Assembly: GCA_050295515.1 (NCBI GenBank)
Contig: JBNKPU010000012.1
Span: 25,025 to 89,024 of the forward strand
Direction: 5' to 3'
Length of the DNA: 64,000 nt
DNA from: Bacteroidales bacterium
Lineage (GTDB): Bacteria > Bacteroidota > Bacteroidia > Bacteroidales > UBA10428
Of this stretch, positions 39,116 to 48,319 are shown in pieces. A program made the position numbers and the translations under genes. The notes under the pieces were generated by a model. The model was given only the letters and a program-made list of their open reading frames with translations. It was not told where the DNA came from and did no database searches. Numbering within the stretch: the stretch's first letter is position 1; each line of letters opens with the position of its first letter.

Positions 39116-40276
39116 ATGGATATTGAATTTAAAAATAAACTAAAAGAATTTATTCTTGATAATTTCCATAACAAGGTTCAGGTAATTCCATTACATGAGC
39201 CTTGTTTTATTGGAAAGGAAAAAAAGTATGTGGATGATTGTATTCAATCAACTTTTGTATCCAGTATTGGAAAATATGTTAATCAGTTTGAATTAAATAT
39301 TGCTGAATTTACAGGGGCTAAGTATGCCATTGCAACAGTAAATGGTACAGCTGCATTGCATATTGCATTATTATTGGCAGGAGTAAAATCAAACGAAGAA
39401 GTTATAACCCAACCTTTAACCTTTGTGGCTACTTCAAATGCTATCCATTATTTACGTGCTATTCCACACTTGATTGATATTGATTCGGAAACTTTAAGTT
39501 TATCTCCAGATTCTCTTAGAGAATTCTTAGAAGGATATGCAGTAAAAAAAGGAACAGAAACCTACAATAAGGTTAGTGGCCGAAGGATTTCTGCATGTGT
39601 CCCCATGCATACATTTGGACATCCATCTAAAATAGATGAAATTGTTGAAATCTGTGATGCCTATAATTTACCGGTAGTTGAAGATGCAGCAGAGAGCCTT
39701 GGAAGTTTTTATAAGGATAGGCATACTGGTACTTTTGGTAAATTAGGGATATTAAGTTTTAATGGAAATAAAATAATAACTTCTGGTGGAGGAGGAATGA
39801 TACTTACTGATGATGATGATACCGCCCGACTCGCCAAACACCTTACAACAACAGCAAAGATCCCGCATCAATGGGAGTTTGATCATGACAGGCTAGGTTT
39901 TAACTATCGCTTGCCAAACATCAATGCAGCATTGGGAGTAGCCCAATTAGAGAACCTGGAGTTTTTTATTTCTAAAAAAAGGGAGCTTGCTATGAAATAT
40001 CAAGAATTCTTTAAAAAGGATGGAATTCGGTTTGTTAATGAACCAAACAATGCAGTTTCAAATTATTGGCTAAATGCAATAGTACTTGATAGTGAAAAAG
40101 AAAGAGATGATATATTGGGCTTTTTAAATAAAAACAAGATATTTGTTAGGCCTGCCTGGCGGTTGTTGAATGATTTGAGCATGAATCACGATTATAGTAA
40201 ACAGGCACTTGATACAGCAGAGTATTATGCTAAAAGATTGTTAAATTTGCCCAGTAGCGTAATCATTGGATCATGA
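39116..40276 (+). CDS. DegT/DnrJ/EryC1/StrS aminotransferase, LegC-like
   Basis: IPLHEPCFIGKEKKYVDDCIQSTFVSSIGKYVNQFE N-terminal block and the PLP-Lys region SFNGNKIITSGGGGMI. Confidence 0.7.
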   Translation: MDIEFKNKLKEFILDNFHNKVQVIPLHEPCFIGKEKKYVDDCIQSTFVSSIGKYVNQFELNIAEFTGAKYAIATVNGTAALHIALLLAGVKSNEEVITQPLTFVATSNAIHYLRAIPHLIDIDSETLSLSPDSLREFLEGYAVKKGTETYNKVSGRRISACVPMHTFGHPSKIDEIVEICDAYNLPVVEDAAESLGSFYKDRHTGTFGKLGILSFNGNKIITSGGGGMILTDDDDTARLAKHLTTTAKIPHQWEFDHDRLGFNYRLPNINAALGVAQLENLEFFISKKRELAMKYQEFFKKDGIRFVNEPNNAVSNYWLNAIVLDSEKERDDILGFLNKNKIFVRPAWRLLNDLSMNHDYSKQALDTAEYYAKRLLNLPSSVIIGS

Positions 40277-40857
40277 AAAAGCTTATTCTCATTGGAGGTG
40301 GAGGACATTGCAGGTCCTGTATTGATGTAATTGAATCAACAGGTTTGTATAAAATTGATGGTATTATTGACATGCCAGAAAATATAGGTAATGAAATCCT
40401 TGGATATAAGGTAATTGGATCCGATGATCAGATACCCGTACTCTTAAAAAAGTATAATTATTTCTTAATTTCTTTAGGTCAAATAGGTTTTTCATCAAGA
40501 CGCCTTGAAATTTTTAATCAAATTAAAATGCTCGGTGGTGAATTTCCTGTGATTGTAAGTTCTAAAGCTCATGTCTCAAAACATTCATTTATTGGCGAAG
40601 GAACAATTGTAATGCATAATGTTATTGTAAATGCCAACGCATTGGTAGGCAATAACTGCATTTTAAATACAGGTTCACTAATAGAACATGATGCCATTAT
40701 AGGGGACCATTGTCATATTTCTACTCATGCTATTATTAATGGCGGGGGTAAGGTTAACAATTATTCATTTGTAGGAAGTAATGCAGTCTGTATTGAGTAT
40801 AAGGAAATTCCGGAAAAGTCCTTTATAAAAGCAGCCTCAGTTTTTAAAGGAACATAA
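40273..40857 (+). CDS. NeuD/PglD/LegH-type sugar N-acetyltransferase (left-handed beta-helix)
   Basis: LILIGGGGHCRSCIDVIE N-terminal Rossmann-like half plus hexapeptide repeats (IGEGTIVMHNVIVNANALVGNNCILNTGSLIEHDAIIGDHCHIS). ATGA overlap with the upstream gene. Confidence 0.8.
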   Translation: MKKLILIGGGGHCRSCIDVIESTGLYKIDGIIDMPENIGNEILGYKVIGSDDQIPVLLKKYNYFLISLGQIGFSSRRLEIFNQIKMLGGEFPVIVSSKAHVSKHSFIGEGTIVMHNVIVNANALVGNNCILNTGSLIEHDAIIGDHCHISTHAIINGGGKVNNYSFVGSNAVCIEYKEIPEKSFIKAASVFKGT

Positions 40858-40858
40858 T

Positions 40859-41929
40859 ATGAAAAAGCAAGATAAGATAAACCTGATAACTATTGCACCT
40901 GATATATCCATGTTGGATACCCTTAAGCTCATGGATAAAATCGACAAGAAATTGCTGATAGTTCAGGGCAATGAAAGTTTTATGGGGTTGCTTAGTATTG
41001 GAGATATTCAGAGGGCTATTATTAATAATATTGATCTTGAAACCCCGATTCAAAAAATACTTAGAAAGAATATTAAGGTTGCACATGTTAATGATAGTAT
41101 TGATGCAATTAAACATATAATGATGCAATTCAGAACAGAATGCATTCCAGTACTTAATGATGACCGCCAACTTGTTGATGTTTTCTTTTGGGAGGAATTA
41201 TTTAACGAAAAAATCAGTAAAAAATCCAAAAAACTTAATACCCCTTTAGTAATTATGGCCGGTGGGAAAGGTACGCGATTAAAACCTTTTAGTAATATCA
41301 TTCCCAAACCTTTGTTCCCTCTAGGTGAAGGAACTATTATTGAAAAAATCATAGAAAATTTCCATAATTACAGTATACCTGTCTATTTCATTAGTATCAA
41401 TCACAAGGCTGATATGATTAAACAATATTTAAAGGATAATCTAAAACTATCCATTGAAATTAATTATGTGCAAGAAAATGAGCCATTGGGTACTGCAGGA
41501 AGTTTATCATTACTTAAAGATAAACTGGAAAATGATTTTTTTGTCTCGAATTGTGATATTATCATCCACCAAGATTACGGTGAGATCTATGACTATCATG
41601 TCCAAAATAAAAATGATATAACAATAGTGGCTGCGTTAAAACATTATACAATACCCTATGGAACAATTGAAACTGGTATAGATGGCAGATTGATTGCACT
41701 TTCGGAGAAACCAGAGTTTACCCATATGATTAATTCAGGAATGTACATACTCAATCCTAATGTTTTGTCACTAATTCCTGAGAATTCATTTTATCATATT
41801 ACTGAATTGATCGATGATGCCGTTAAATCTGGTAAGCGAGTTGGCGTATTTCCTGTCAGCGAAAAATCATGGTCGGATATTGGAGAATGGCAAGAATATA
41901 AAAAAACTCTAGAAGGCTTTGATTGGTAA
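40859..41929 (+). CDS. CBS-domain-containing sugar-phosphate nucleotidyltransferase (PtmE-like)
   Basis: An N-terminal CBS pair, then VIMAGGKGTRLKPFSNIIPKPLFPL (GxGxRL nucleotidyltransferase signature). Confidence 0.75.
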   Translation: MKKQDKINLITIAPDISMLDTLKLMDKIDKKLLIVQGNESFMGLLSIGDIQRAIINNIDLETPIQKILRKNIKVAHVNDSIDAIKHIMMQFRTECIPVLNDDRQLVDVFFWEELFNEKISKKSKKLNTPLVIMAGGKGTRLKPFSNIIPKPLFPLGEGTIIEKIIENFHNYSIPVYFISINHKADMIKQYLKDNLKLSIEINYVQENEPLGTAGSLSLLKDKLENDFFVSNCDIIIHQDYGEIYDYHVQNKNDITIVAALKHYTIPYGTIETGIDGRLIALSEKPEFTHMINSGMYILNPNVLSLIPENSFYHITELIDDAVKSGKRVGVFPVSEKSWSDIGEWQEYKKTLEGFDW

Positions 41930-41937
41930 ATAAAGAC

Positions 41938-43068
41938 ATGGAGAAACAAAAGGTAGTAATGTACGGACCATCTTTTGGTCATAATATAGTGCCATTTCTG
42001 GAATTTTTTAATTCTAGTTCAAAATATCAGCTTGTTTTCATATATCGGGGAGAGCTAAAATTTAACACTAAATTTGAGAATGTCAGTTTTTTTAAATTTA
42101 CATGGCATCCTATTAATATAATGAGGTTAAGGAAATTGTTTAGCTCTGGAATTAGTATTATATGGGTTCATGGAGGCAATAATCCTTACATCCTTTTGGC
42201 TTTTAAAATTCTTAAAAAAAGAAATACGACAATTACTTTAAATATTTGGGGTGAAGCTTTATTGCATAGCCTAATGATAAAAAACATCAGGTCTTTTTTA
42301 TATATGTTTATATTAAAAAGGTTTGACTACCTTCAATGCAATTGGTATGGAACATATAATATATTAAAGGAACTTAAATTTGAAAATGGCATTGTATTAT
42401 TGTGGGGATTGGATAGACAAACTTTTGAAAAAAGACAAGGAATAAAAAGAAATCTCCATCCCTTTATTGAGAATTTCATTTCAGGTCTTCCTACTGGGAA
42501 GTTATTTTTTTTCTATCCAAAATCATTTACCAAGGGAAGTAGGCATGATCTATTAATCCAGGCATTATGGAAACTTAAAAAAGAAGGATTGACAAATTAT
42601 CATGTAATTTTTTGGCCAGGTAATATTCAGGATGATGAAGTATATGATAAAATAAGAGTAATGATTCAGGATATGGATCTTGAAAGGGAGATAAGCATTG
42701 TAAAACATCCTTTTATTGAGTTTTCTGACTATATGGCCATATGGGACTATATGGATTGTGGTTTGCAGATTGCAGAACATGACCAATTGTCTTCAACCTT
42801 TACTGAGCCTCTTGCGTTAAGAAAGGATTTAATTGCATCTAAAATAGAGCCCTATATCATTTTTGAAAAAGAATTTGACATTAGTTTAAATTTAGTAGAG
42901 TTGGATATTGACATACTGGCTGAAAGATTGCGCAATTTTATAAAGAATAGAAGTGTAGATAATTTCGAATTGGATAGGAGGGCAAAAATCATGAAGGAAA
43001 GATATTGTTTTCAAGACAATATAGAAAAGGCTTTACAATTTTACACTAATCGAGATAATCTGAATTGA
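41938..43068 (+). CDS. hypothetical protein, possibly a highly divergent GT-B glycosyltransferase
   Basis: Two Rossmann-like halves are suggested by KVVMYGPSFGHNIVPFLEFF and FFFYPKSFTKGSRHDLLIQAL...HVIFWPG. LSSTFTEPLALRKDLIASK resembles the GT4 E-x7-E region. Weak, by eye only. Confidence 0.35.
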   Translation: MEKQKVVMYGPSFGHNIVPFLEFFNSSSKYQLVFIYRGELKFNTKFENVSFFKFTWHPINIMRLRKLFSSGISIIWVHGGNNPYILLAFKILKKRNTTITLNIWGEALLHSLMIKNIRSFLYMFILKRFDYLQCNWYGTYNILKELKFENGIVLLWGLDRQTFEKRQGIKRNLHPFIENFISGLPTGKLFFFYPKSFTKGSRHDLLIQALWKLKKEGLTNYHVIFWPGNIQDDEVYDKIRVMIQDMDLEREISIVKHPFIEFSDYMAIWDYMDCGLQIAEHDQLSSTFTEPLALRKDLIASKIEPYIIFEKEFDISLNLVELDIDILAERLRNFIKNRSVDNFELDRRAKIMKERYCFQDNIEKALQFYTNRDNLN

Positions 43069-43083
43069 CGTAGAATAAATCAC

Positions 43084-44280
43084 ATGCTTATTCCCAAAAT
43101 ATATAAATCGCTAGAATCAATAATACTCTGGCTTAATAAAAACGGTTGGTCAGGTTTTGATCCTTACGATATTAAAGCCAATAAAGGTATTATTAAAATT
43201 ACCAGACTAGGAAATAGAAACAAGGCTTTTGCTATTATTAGAGAAATAGTATTTGAAATATTATATACTTTCCCAAAATTTTCTCGAAGAATATTGGCAG
43301 TGAAACCCGAAATAAATGCCAAAGCAATGGGGTTATTTGCCAGTTCCTACCTTACCTTATATAAACAAACAAAGGAAAGCCATTATCTTGGGAAAGCACA
43401 GGAATGTTTTAACTGGTTAGATCTCGAGAAAGTTGAATCAAATGGAGGTATAGGGTGGGGATATCCATTCGGGTGGCAGTCAGCCTCATTTATCCCTGCT
43501 AAAACCCCTAACGGGATAGTCACTACAGCTGTAGGAGAAGCTTATTGGGAATATTATCAGTTTTCGAAGGATAAAACCTTTCTGGAATTGTGCACTCAAA
43601 TAGCCACTTTTTTAAACAGTCTGCCTTGTGATAAATATAAGGAAGGTATATGCTTTTCATATACTCCACTTTATAAAAACCATGTTCACAATTTAAATCT
43701 TTTTGTTGCTGAATTTTTAATAAAAGTAGGTATGGAAACGGGTAACAATAACTGGATTGAAAGGGGAAATCTTGCTACAACTTATACCTTGCTTGATCAA
43801 AGAGAAGATGGTTCATTTGATTATAACGGGCCGCCAGAAAAACCTCAAAATTTTGTAGACAACTATCATACTGGTTTTGTGCTGAGAATGTTGAATTCTA
43901 TACATCAGTTAACAGGTAGGACTGATGTTAAAACAGCACTTGATAAATGTTATGTGCATTATAAAGATAATTTTTTCCAGGCTGATGGTTTGCCTAAATT
44001 AATGCCAAGCAGAAAGTACCGTGTTGATATTCACTCATCTGCTGAAGCCATAAATTGCCTGAGCCAATTATCCTCAGTATATCCTGAATCTTTACATTTG
44101 GCAGAGAAAGTATTGCTGTGGACCATAAAACATATGCAAGACAAAAAAGGGTACTTCTATTATGCAATACTTAAAAGTCGTATCACCCATATACCATTTA
44201 AATCAAAAATAGCCTACATAAGATGGGGGCAAGCCTGGATGCTTAAAGCTTTGTCAACATTTCTGTATTACAAGGACTAA
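43084..44280 (+). CDS. hypothetical protein (soluble, helix-rich; no family I can name)
   Basis: 398 aa clean ORF in operon context. Conserved-looking block GGIGWGYPFGWQS. No TM or signal peptide. Confidence 0.5.
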   Translation: MLIPKIYKSLESIILWLNKNGWSGFDPYDIKANKGIIKITRLGNRNKAFAIIREIVFEILYTFPKFSRRILAVKPEINAKAMGLFASSYLTLYKQTKESHYLGKAQECFNWLDLEKVESNGGIGWGYPFGWQSASFIPAKTPNGIVTTAVGEAYWEYYQFSKDKTFLELCTQIATFLNSLPCDKYKEGICFSYTPLYKNHVHNLNLFVAEFLIKVGMETGNNNWIERGNLATTYTLLDQREDGSFDYNGPPEKPQNFVDNYHTGFVLRMLNSIHQLTGRTDVKTALDKCYVHYKDNFFQADGLPKLMPSRKYRVDIHSSAEAINCLSQLSSVYPESLHLAEKVLLWTIKHMQDKKGYFYYAILKSRITHIPFKSKIAYIRWGQAWMLKALSTFLYYKD

Positions 44281-44289
44281 ATCTTCTGT

Positions 44290-45789
44290 ATGTTAGATAT
44301 ATTAAAATCAACAGCTAAGAGTACAATAATTTATAGTTTTGGAAACTTGTCAAGCAGGTTGGCCGGATTTATTCTTATACCGATATATACGTCACATCTG
44401 AGCCTTTCTGAATATGGCGTACTTGGATTATTGGAGATAAGTTCACAAATTTTAATAGCCTTATTGGGATTAGGTTTGTATACTGCCTTTTTTAGATGGT
44501 ATTGGGATAAACAGTACGAAGGACAACAAAAATCATTATTTTTCACAATAATAACAGTTGTTATTTTTATTTGTATAGCCCTATTCGTTCCAGTATATTT
44601 TGGAAGGACTTTCCTGGCCAGAAATCTCCTGGAGAATGAGCAATATACCAATCTGATAATTCTTCTTTTCTTTGTTTCTGCATTAGAAGCGATCAATGTA
44701 ATCATTGCAACATTAATCCGGATAAAAGACAAAGCAGTCTTGTTTTCCATTTTAATGTTATCTAAGCTGGTTATCACATTAACCCTTAACATTTATTTTA
44801 TTGTGTACAGGGGCAAGTCAGTTGAAGGTATTTACTATTCCTTAATAATTGGTGGAGCTGCATACATACTAATGTCATTGGCTTTTGTTTTAAAGGAAGT
44901 TCAAGTCAAATTCCAGAGGAAAGTCCTGATGGATATGCTCAGGTTTAGTTCACCCTTATTAATTGTGGCAATAACAGGAATAGTACTTAATATTACTGAC
45001 CGATATACCTTGAAATTTCTATCGGATATGGATGAAGTAGGAAAGTATTCTTTGGCTTTTAAAATTAGTAATACGATCCGGGTTTTTATTATTACATCTG
45101 TTAATATGGCTTTACAACCAGTAATTTACAGAATGATCGGTGCTCCAAACAATAAGCGGTTCTATTCGAAAGTAATGACTTACTATTCATTGGGTTTAAT
45201 GTTTTTTGTGTTGGCATTGGCCATGTTTAGTTCAGAAATCATCAAGGTATTATCTGATAATACTGCTTATTGGCCATCCAATACAATTATCCCGATATTG
45301 TCTTTGGGAATGTTTTTTACAATGCTTCGGGATGTAGCCCTAACTGGAATAAATATAACAAAGAAGACATTTATTACAGCCAGGGTTATAACAATAAGTG
45401 TGATTTTAAATATTGTCTTATGTATTTCTCTGGTCAGTCTAATAGGATCCTATGGTGCTGCAGTGGCTGCAGCAACATCACAATTTATATTTTTCGTTTT
45501 GGCATATCGGTTTGCCCAGAAAGAATATTTTATACCTTATGAACTTGGAAAAATCATAAAAATTATTGCATTGGCGGCAATTTTATTTTTTGTGTCAACA
45601 ATGTTTTCAGATTTCAGTTTGTGGACCAGGTTGCTTTTAAAGCCATTTTTATTATTATCTTTTCCACTTATACTATATTTGATCGGTTTTTACGAAGCAA
45701 TTGAACTGGAGAGAATCCATCAATTCTGGTTGAAATGGAAGGATTTGACCAAAATTATCGATAATTTTAAAAGCTTAAAATCTAATTAA
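44290..45789 (+). CDS. wzx: Wzx-type oligosaccharide flippase (MOP superfamily polysaccharide biosynthesis protein)
   Basis: 499 aa with about 14 TM segments. N-terminal STIIYSFGNLSSRLAGFILIPIYT is typical of this family. Confidence 0.8.
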   Translation: MLDILKSTAKSTIIYSFGNLSSRLAGFILIPIYTSHLSLSEYGVLGLLEISSQILIALLGLGLYTAFFRWYWDKQYEGQQKSLFFTIITVVIFICIALFVPVYFGRTFLARNLLENEQYTNLIILLFFVSALEAINVIIATLIRIKDKAVLFSILMLSKLVITLTLNIYFIVYRGKSVEGIYYSLIIGGAAYILMSLAFVLKEVQVKFQRKVLMDMLRFSSPLLIVAITGIVLNITDRYTLKFLSDMDEVGKYSLAFKISNTIRVFIITSVNMALQPVIYRMIGAPNNKRFYSKVMTYYSLGLMFFVLALAMFSSEIIKVLSDNTAYWPSNTIIPILSLGMFFTMLRDVALTGINITKKTFITARVITISVILNIVLCISLVSLIGSYGAAVAAATSQFIFFVLAYRFAQKEYFIPYELGKIIKIIALAAILFFVSTMFSDFSLWTRLLLKPFLLLSFPLILYLIGFYEAIELERIHQFWLKWKDLTKIIDNFKSLKSN

Positions 45790-45796
45790 TAAATTG

Positions 45797-48307
45797 ATGC
45801 AATTGAATTCTACCCTAAAGGAAAATGCACTAAATGTACTCCTTGCCATTGTACTTTTCTTAGTACTGTCAGTATTATACATGAGCCCTGTTTTAGAAGG
45901 GAAAAATATTTTTCAATCTGATGTCATGCAATATCGTGGGATGTCTAAGGAATTAACTGACTTTAGAAAAGAAACAGGTGAGGAAGGCCTGTGGACCAAC
46001 AGTATGTACGGAGGTATGCCCGGATATCTTATCTCTACCAGGTATTTAGGAAACAAACTTAGTTATCTGCATAAACTGTTTATTATTAACGATTGGCGTC
46101 CTGTTTCTTTCGTATTTCTTTATTTATTAGGTTTTTATATCACCTTACTTGCCTTTGGTGTCAACAGATGGTTGAGTATTGCCGGGGCTATGGCCTATGC
46201 TTTCTCATCCTATTTGTTTATCATTATAGAAGTTGGGCATATATCTAAGGTTCTGGCGCTTGGTTATATGCCAGCCATAATCGGAGGTGTGCACCTTGCT
46301 TTTCGGGGGAAGTACCTTTGGGGAAGTTTGCTTACAGGTCTTGCCTTGGGGCTGCAACTTTACGTGGTACATATTCAGATGACTTATTACACCATGATCA
46401 TTATACTGATTTATGGATTGTTCGAACTTATATATGCTATTAAAGATAAAACATATGCCAACCTTATAAAAAGTGTTTTGTTTTTAAGTGTTGCTGTTAT
46501 CCTCGCTGTTGGCAGTAATATAGCCAACTTATGGACAACTTATGAATATGGTCAATTCTCAATCAGGGGACCTTCAGAATTGACTTATGCAGATGAAGGC
46601 AATAAAACTTCAGGACTGGATAAGGATTATGCAACACAATGGAGTTATGGAATAGATGAAACATTTACCCTTCTGGTCCCTAATTTCATGGGTGGATCTT
46701 CTGGAGAAGAATTACCTGAAGATTCTGAGACTTTTGAATTTTTGAGCCGTGTTCAGGGAAAAGCTAACGCCAGAAAGGCGATTAAGCAGATGCCCACCTA
46801 TTGGGGAGATGTTATTTTCACTTCAGGTCCCGTTTATGTTGGTGCAATAATCTGTTTTTTGTTTATTTTTGGTTTGTTTATTCTTGATAAAAAACTACGC
46901 TGGTGGTTGTTATCTGCTACAATAGTATCCTTTATACTCGCTTGGGGCAGGCATGTACCAGGGATTACAAACTTTCTGCTCGACCATCTTCCAGGCTATA
47001 ATAAGTTCCGTGCTGTTTCTATGACATTGGTTATTGCAGGTGTAACAATGCCTTTAATGGCTGTTTTGGCATTTAATAAGATAATTCAAAAAGAGATAGA
47101 TAGGAAAACCGCGATGAAAGCCTTGAAATATTCATTCGGGATAGTTGGTGGGGTATTATTGATTTTTCTCGCGTTTTCTAAAAGCCTTTTCGATTTTGAA
47201 GCTTTACAAGATGAACAATATCTTGCCAAAGGTTATACCGATTTTGTCGATGCTTTACAGTCAGATAGGGCAATGCTATTAAGAAAAGATGCTTTTAGGT
47301 CATTGATCTTTGTTACAATAGGGGCATCAATTGTTTTTTTGCTTATTACTGAGAAGATTAAAGTTATATATGCTATAGCGGCTTTTGGTTTATTTGTTCT
47401 TGTAGACTTATGGTCTGTTGACAAAAGATACCTGAACAATGACAATTTTGTGAGGCAAAAAAAATATGATAATCCAATTACCGAATCTACAGCCGATAAA
47501 TTAATATTACAGGACAATGATCCTAATTACAGGGTTTTGAATGTAGCAGTAAGCCCGTTGATGGATGCAACAACCTCCTATTTTCATAAGTCAATTGGGG
47601 GATATCATGGGGCCAAAATGAGAAGGTTTCAGGAAATCTATGAAAGACAAATTACTCCAGAAATCCAGCAATTGTTTCAACAGATTAATACTCTTGGACC
47701 TGATGCTGCCTTTAAGAATACCGGAGTGCTTAATATGCTTAACACCAAGTATATAATACACAATAAAGATGTTGCACCCATATTAAATCCTGATGCATAC
47801 GGAAATGCCTGGTTTGTTCAGGATTATGATATTGTAGCAAATGCCGATGAAGAAATTAAGCATATCGGTGAAATTAATCCAATGAATAGGGCAGTTATTG
47901 ACCAACGTTTTGAAGGCTTTGTTGAAGGAAGTTCTTTAAAATATGATTCAACTGGTACAATAAACCTTCTTGAGTATAAGCCCAATTATCTGAAATACAA
48001 GTCTGATGCTTCAAGTGAGCAGTTGGCTGTTTTTTCTGAAATATATTATCCAAAAGGGTGGAATGTTAAAATTGACGGTAAAGATGCCAATCACTTTAGG
48101 GCGGATTATATTCTTCGTGCAATGGTCATTCCGGCCGGAGAACATGTGATAGAATTTTCTTTTAAGCCGCATTCATATTATACTGGAGAGAAAATATCCC
48201 TGGTATCTTCTCTTATTTTGCTGATAGCTTTCTTATTGGCTTTAGCTTTTGCATTGAAGGATCAATTTACAACGGGATTAACAAAATCGTATAAAAATAA
48301 AGAATAG
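45797..48307 (+). CDS. YfhO family membrane protein (GT-C-like)
   Basis: 836 aa. A multi-TM N-terminal two-thirds (FQSDVMQYRGMSKEL..EGLWTNSMYGGMPGYLIS), a large extracytoplasmic C-terminal domain and a final TM. ATG at 45797. Confidence 0.75.
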   Translation: MQLNSTLKENALNVLLAIVLFLVLSVLYMSPVLEGKNIFQSDVMQYRGMSKELTDFRKETGEEGLWTNSMYGGMPGYLISTRYLGNKLSYLHKLFIINDWRPVSFVFLYLLGFYITLLAFGVNRWLSIAGAMAYAFSSYLFIIIEVGHISKVLALGYMPAIIGGVHLAFRGKYLWGSLLTGLALGLQLYVVHIQMTYYTMIIILIYGLFELIYAIKDKTYANLIKSVLFLSVAVILAVGSNIANLWTTYEYGQFSIRGPSELTYADEGNKTSGLDKDYATQWSYGIDETFTLLVPNFMGGSSGEELPEDSETFEFLSRVQGKANARKAIKQMPTYWGDVIFTSGPVYVGAIICFLFIFGLFILDKKLRWWLLSATIVSFILAWGRHVPGITNFLLDHLPGYNKFRAVSMTLVIAGVTMPLMAVLAFNKIIQKEIDRKTAMKALKYSFGIVGGVLLIFLAFSKSLFDFEALQDEQYLAKGYTDFVDALQSDRAMLLRKDAFRSLIFVTIGASIVFLLITEKIKVIYAIAAFGLFVLVDLWSVDKRYLNNDNFVRQKKYDNPITESTADKLILQDNDPNYRVLNVAVSPLMDATTSYFHKSIGGYHGAKMRRFQEIYERQITPEIQQLFQQINTLGPDAAFKNTGVLNMLNTKYIIHNKDVAPILNPDAYGNAWFVQDYDIVANADEEIKHIGEINPMNRAVIDQRFEGFVEGSSLKYDSTGTINLLEYKPNYLKYKSDASSEQLAVFSEIYYPKGWNVKIDGKDANHFRADYILRAMVIPAGEHVIEFSFKPHSYYTGEKISLVSSLILLIAFLLALAFALKDQFTTGLTKSYKNKE

Positions 48308-48319
48308 TAAAGATTGTCT

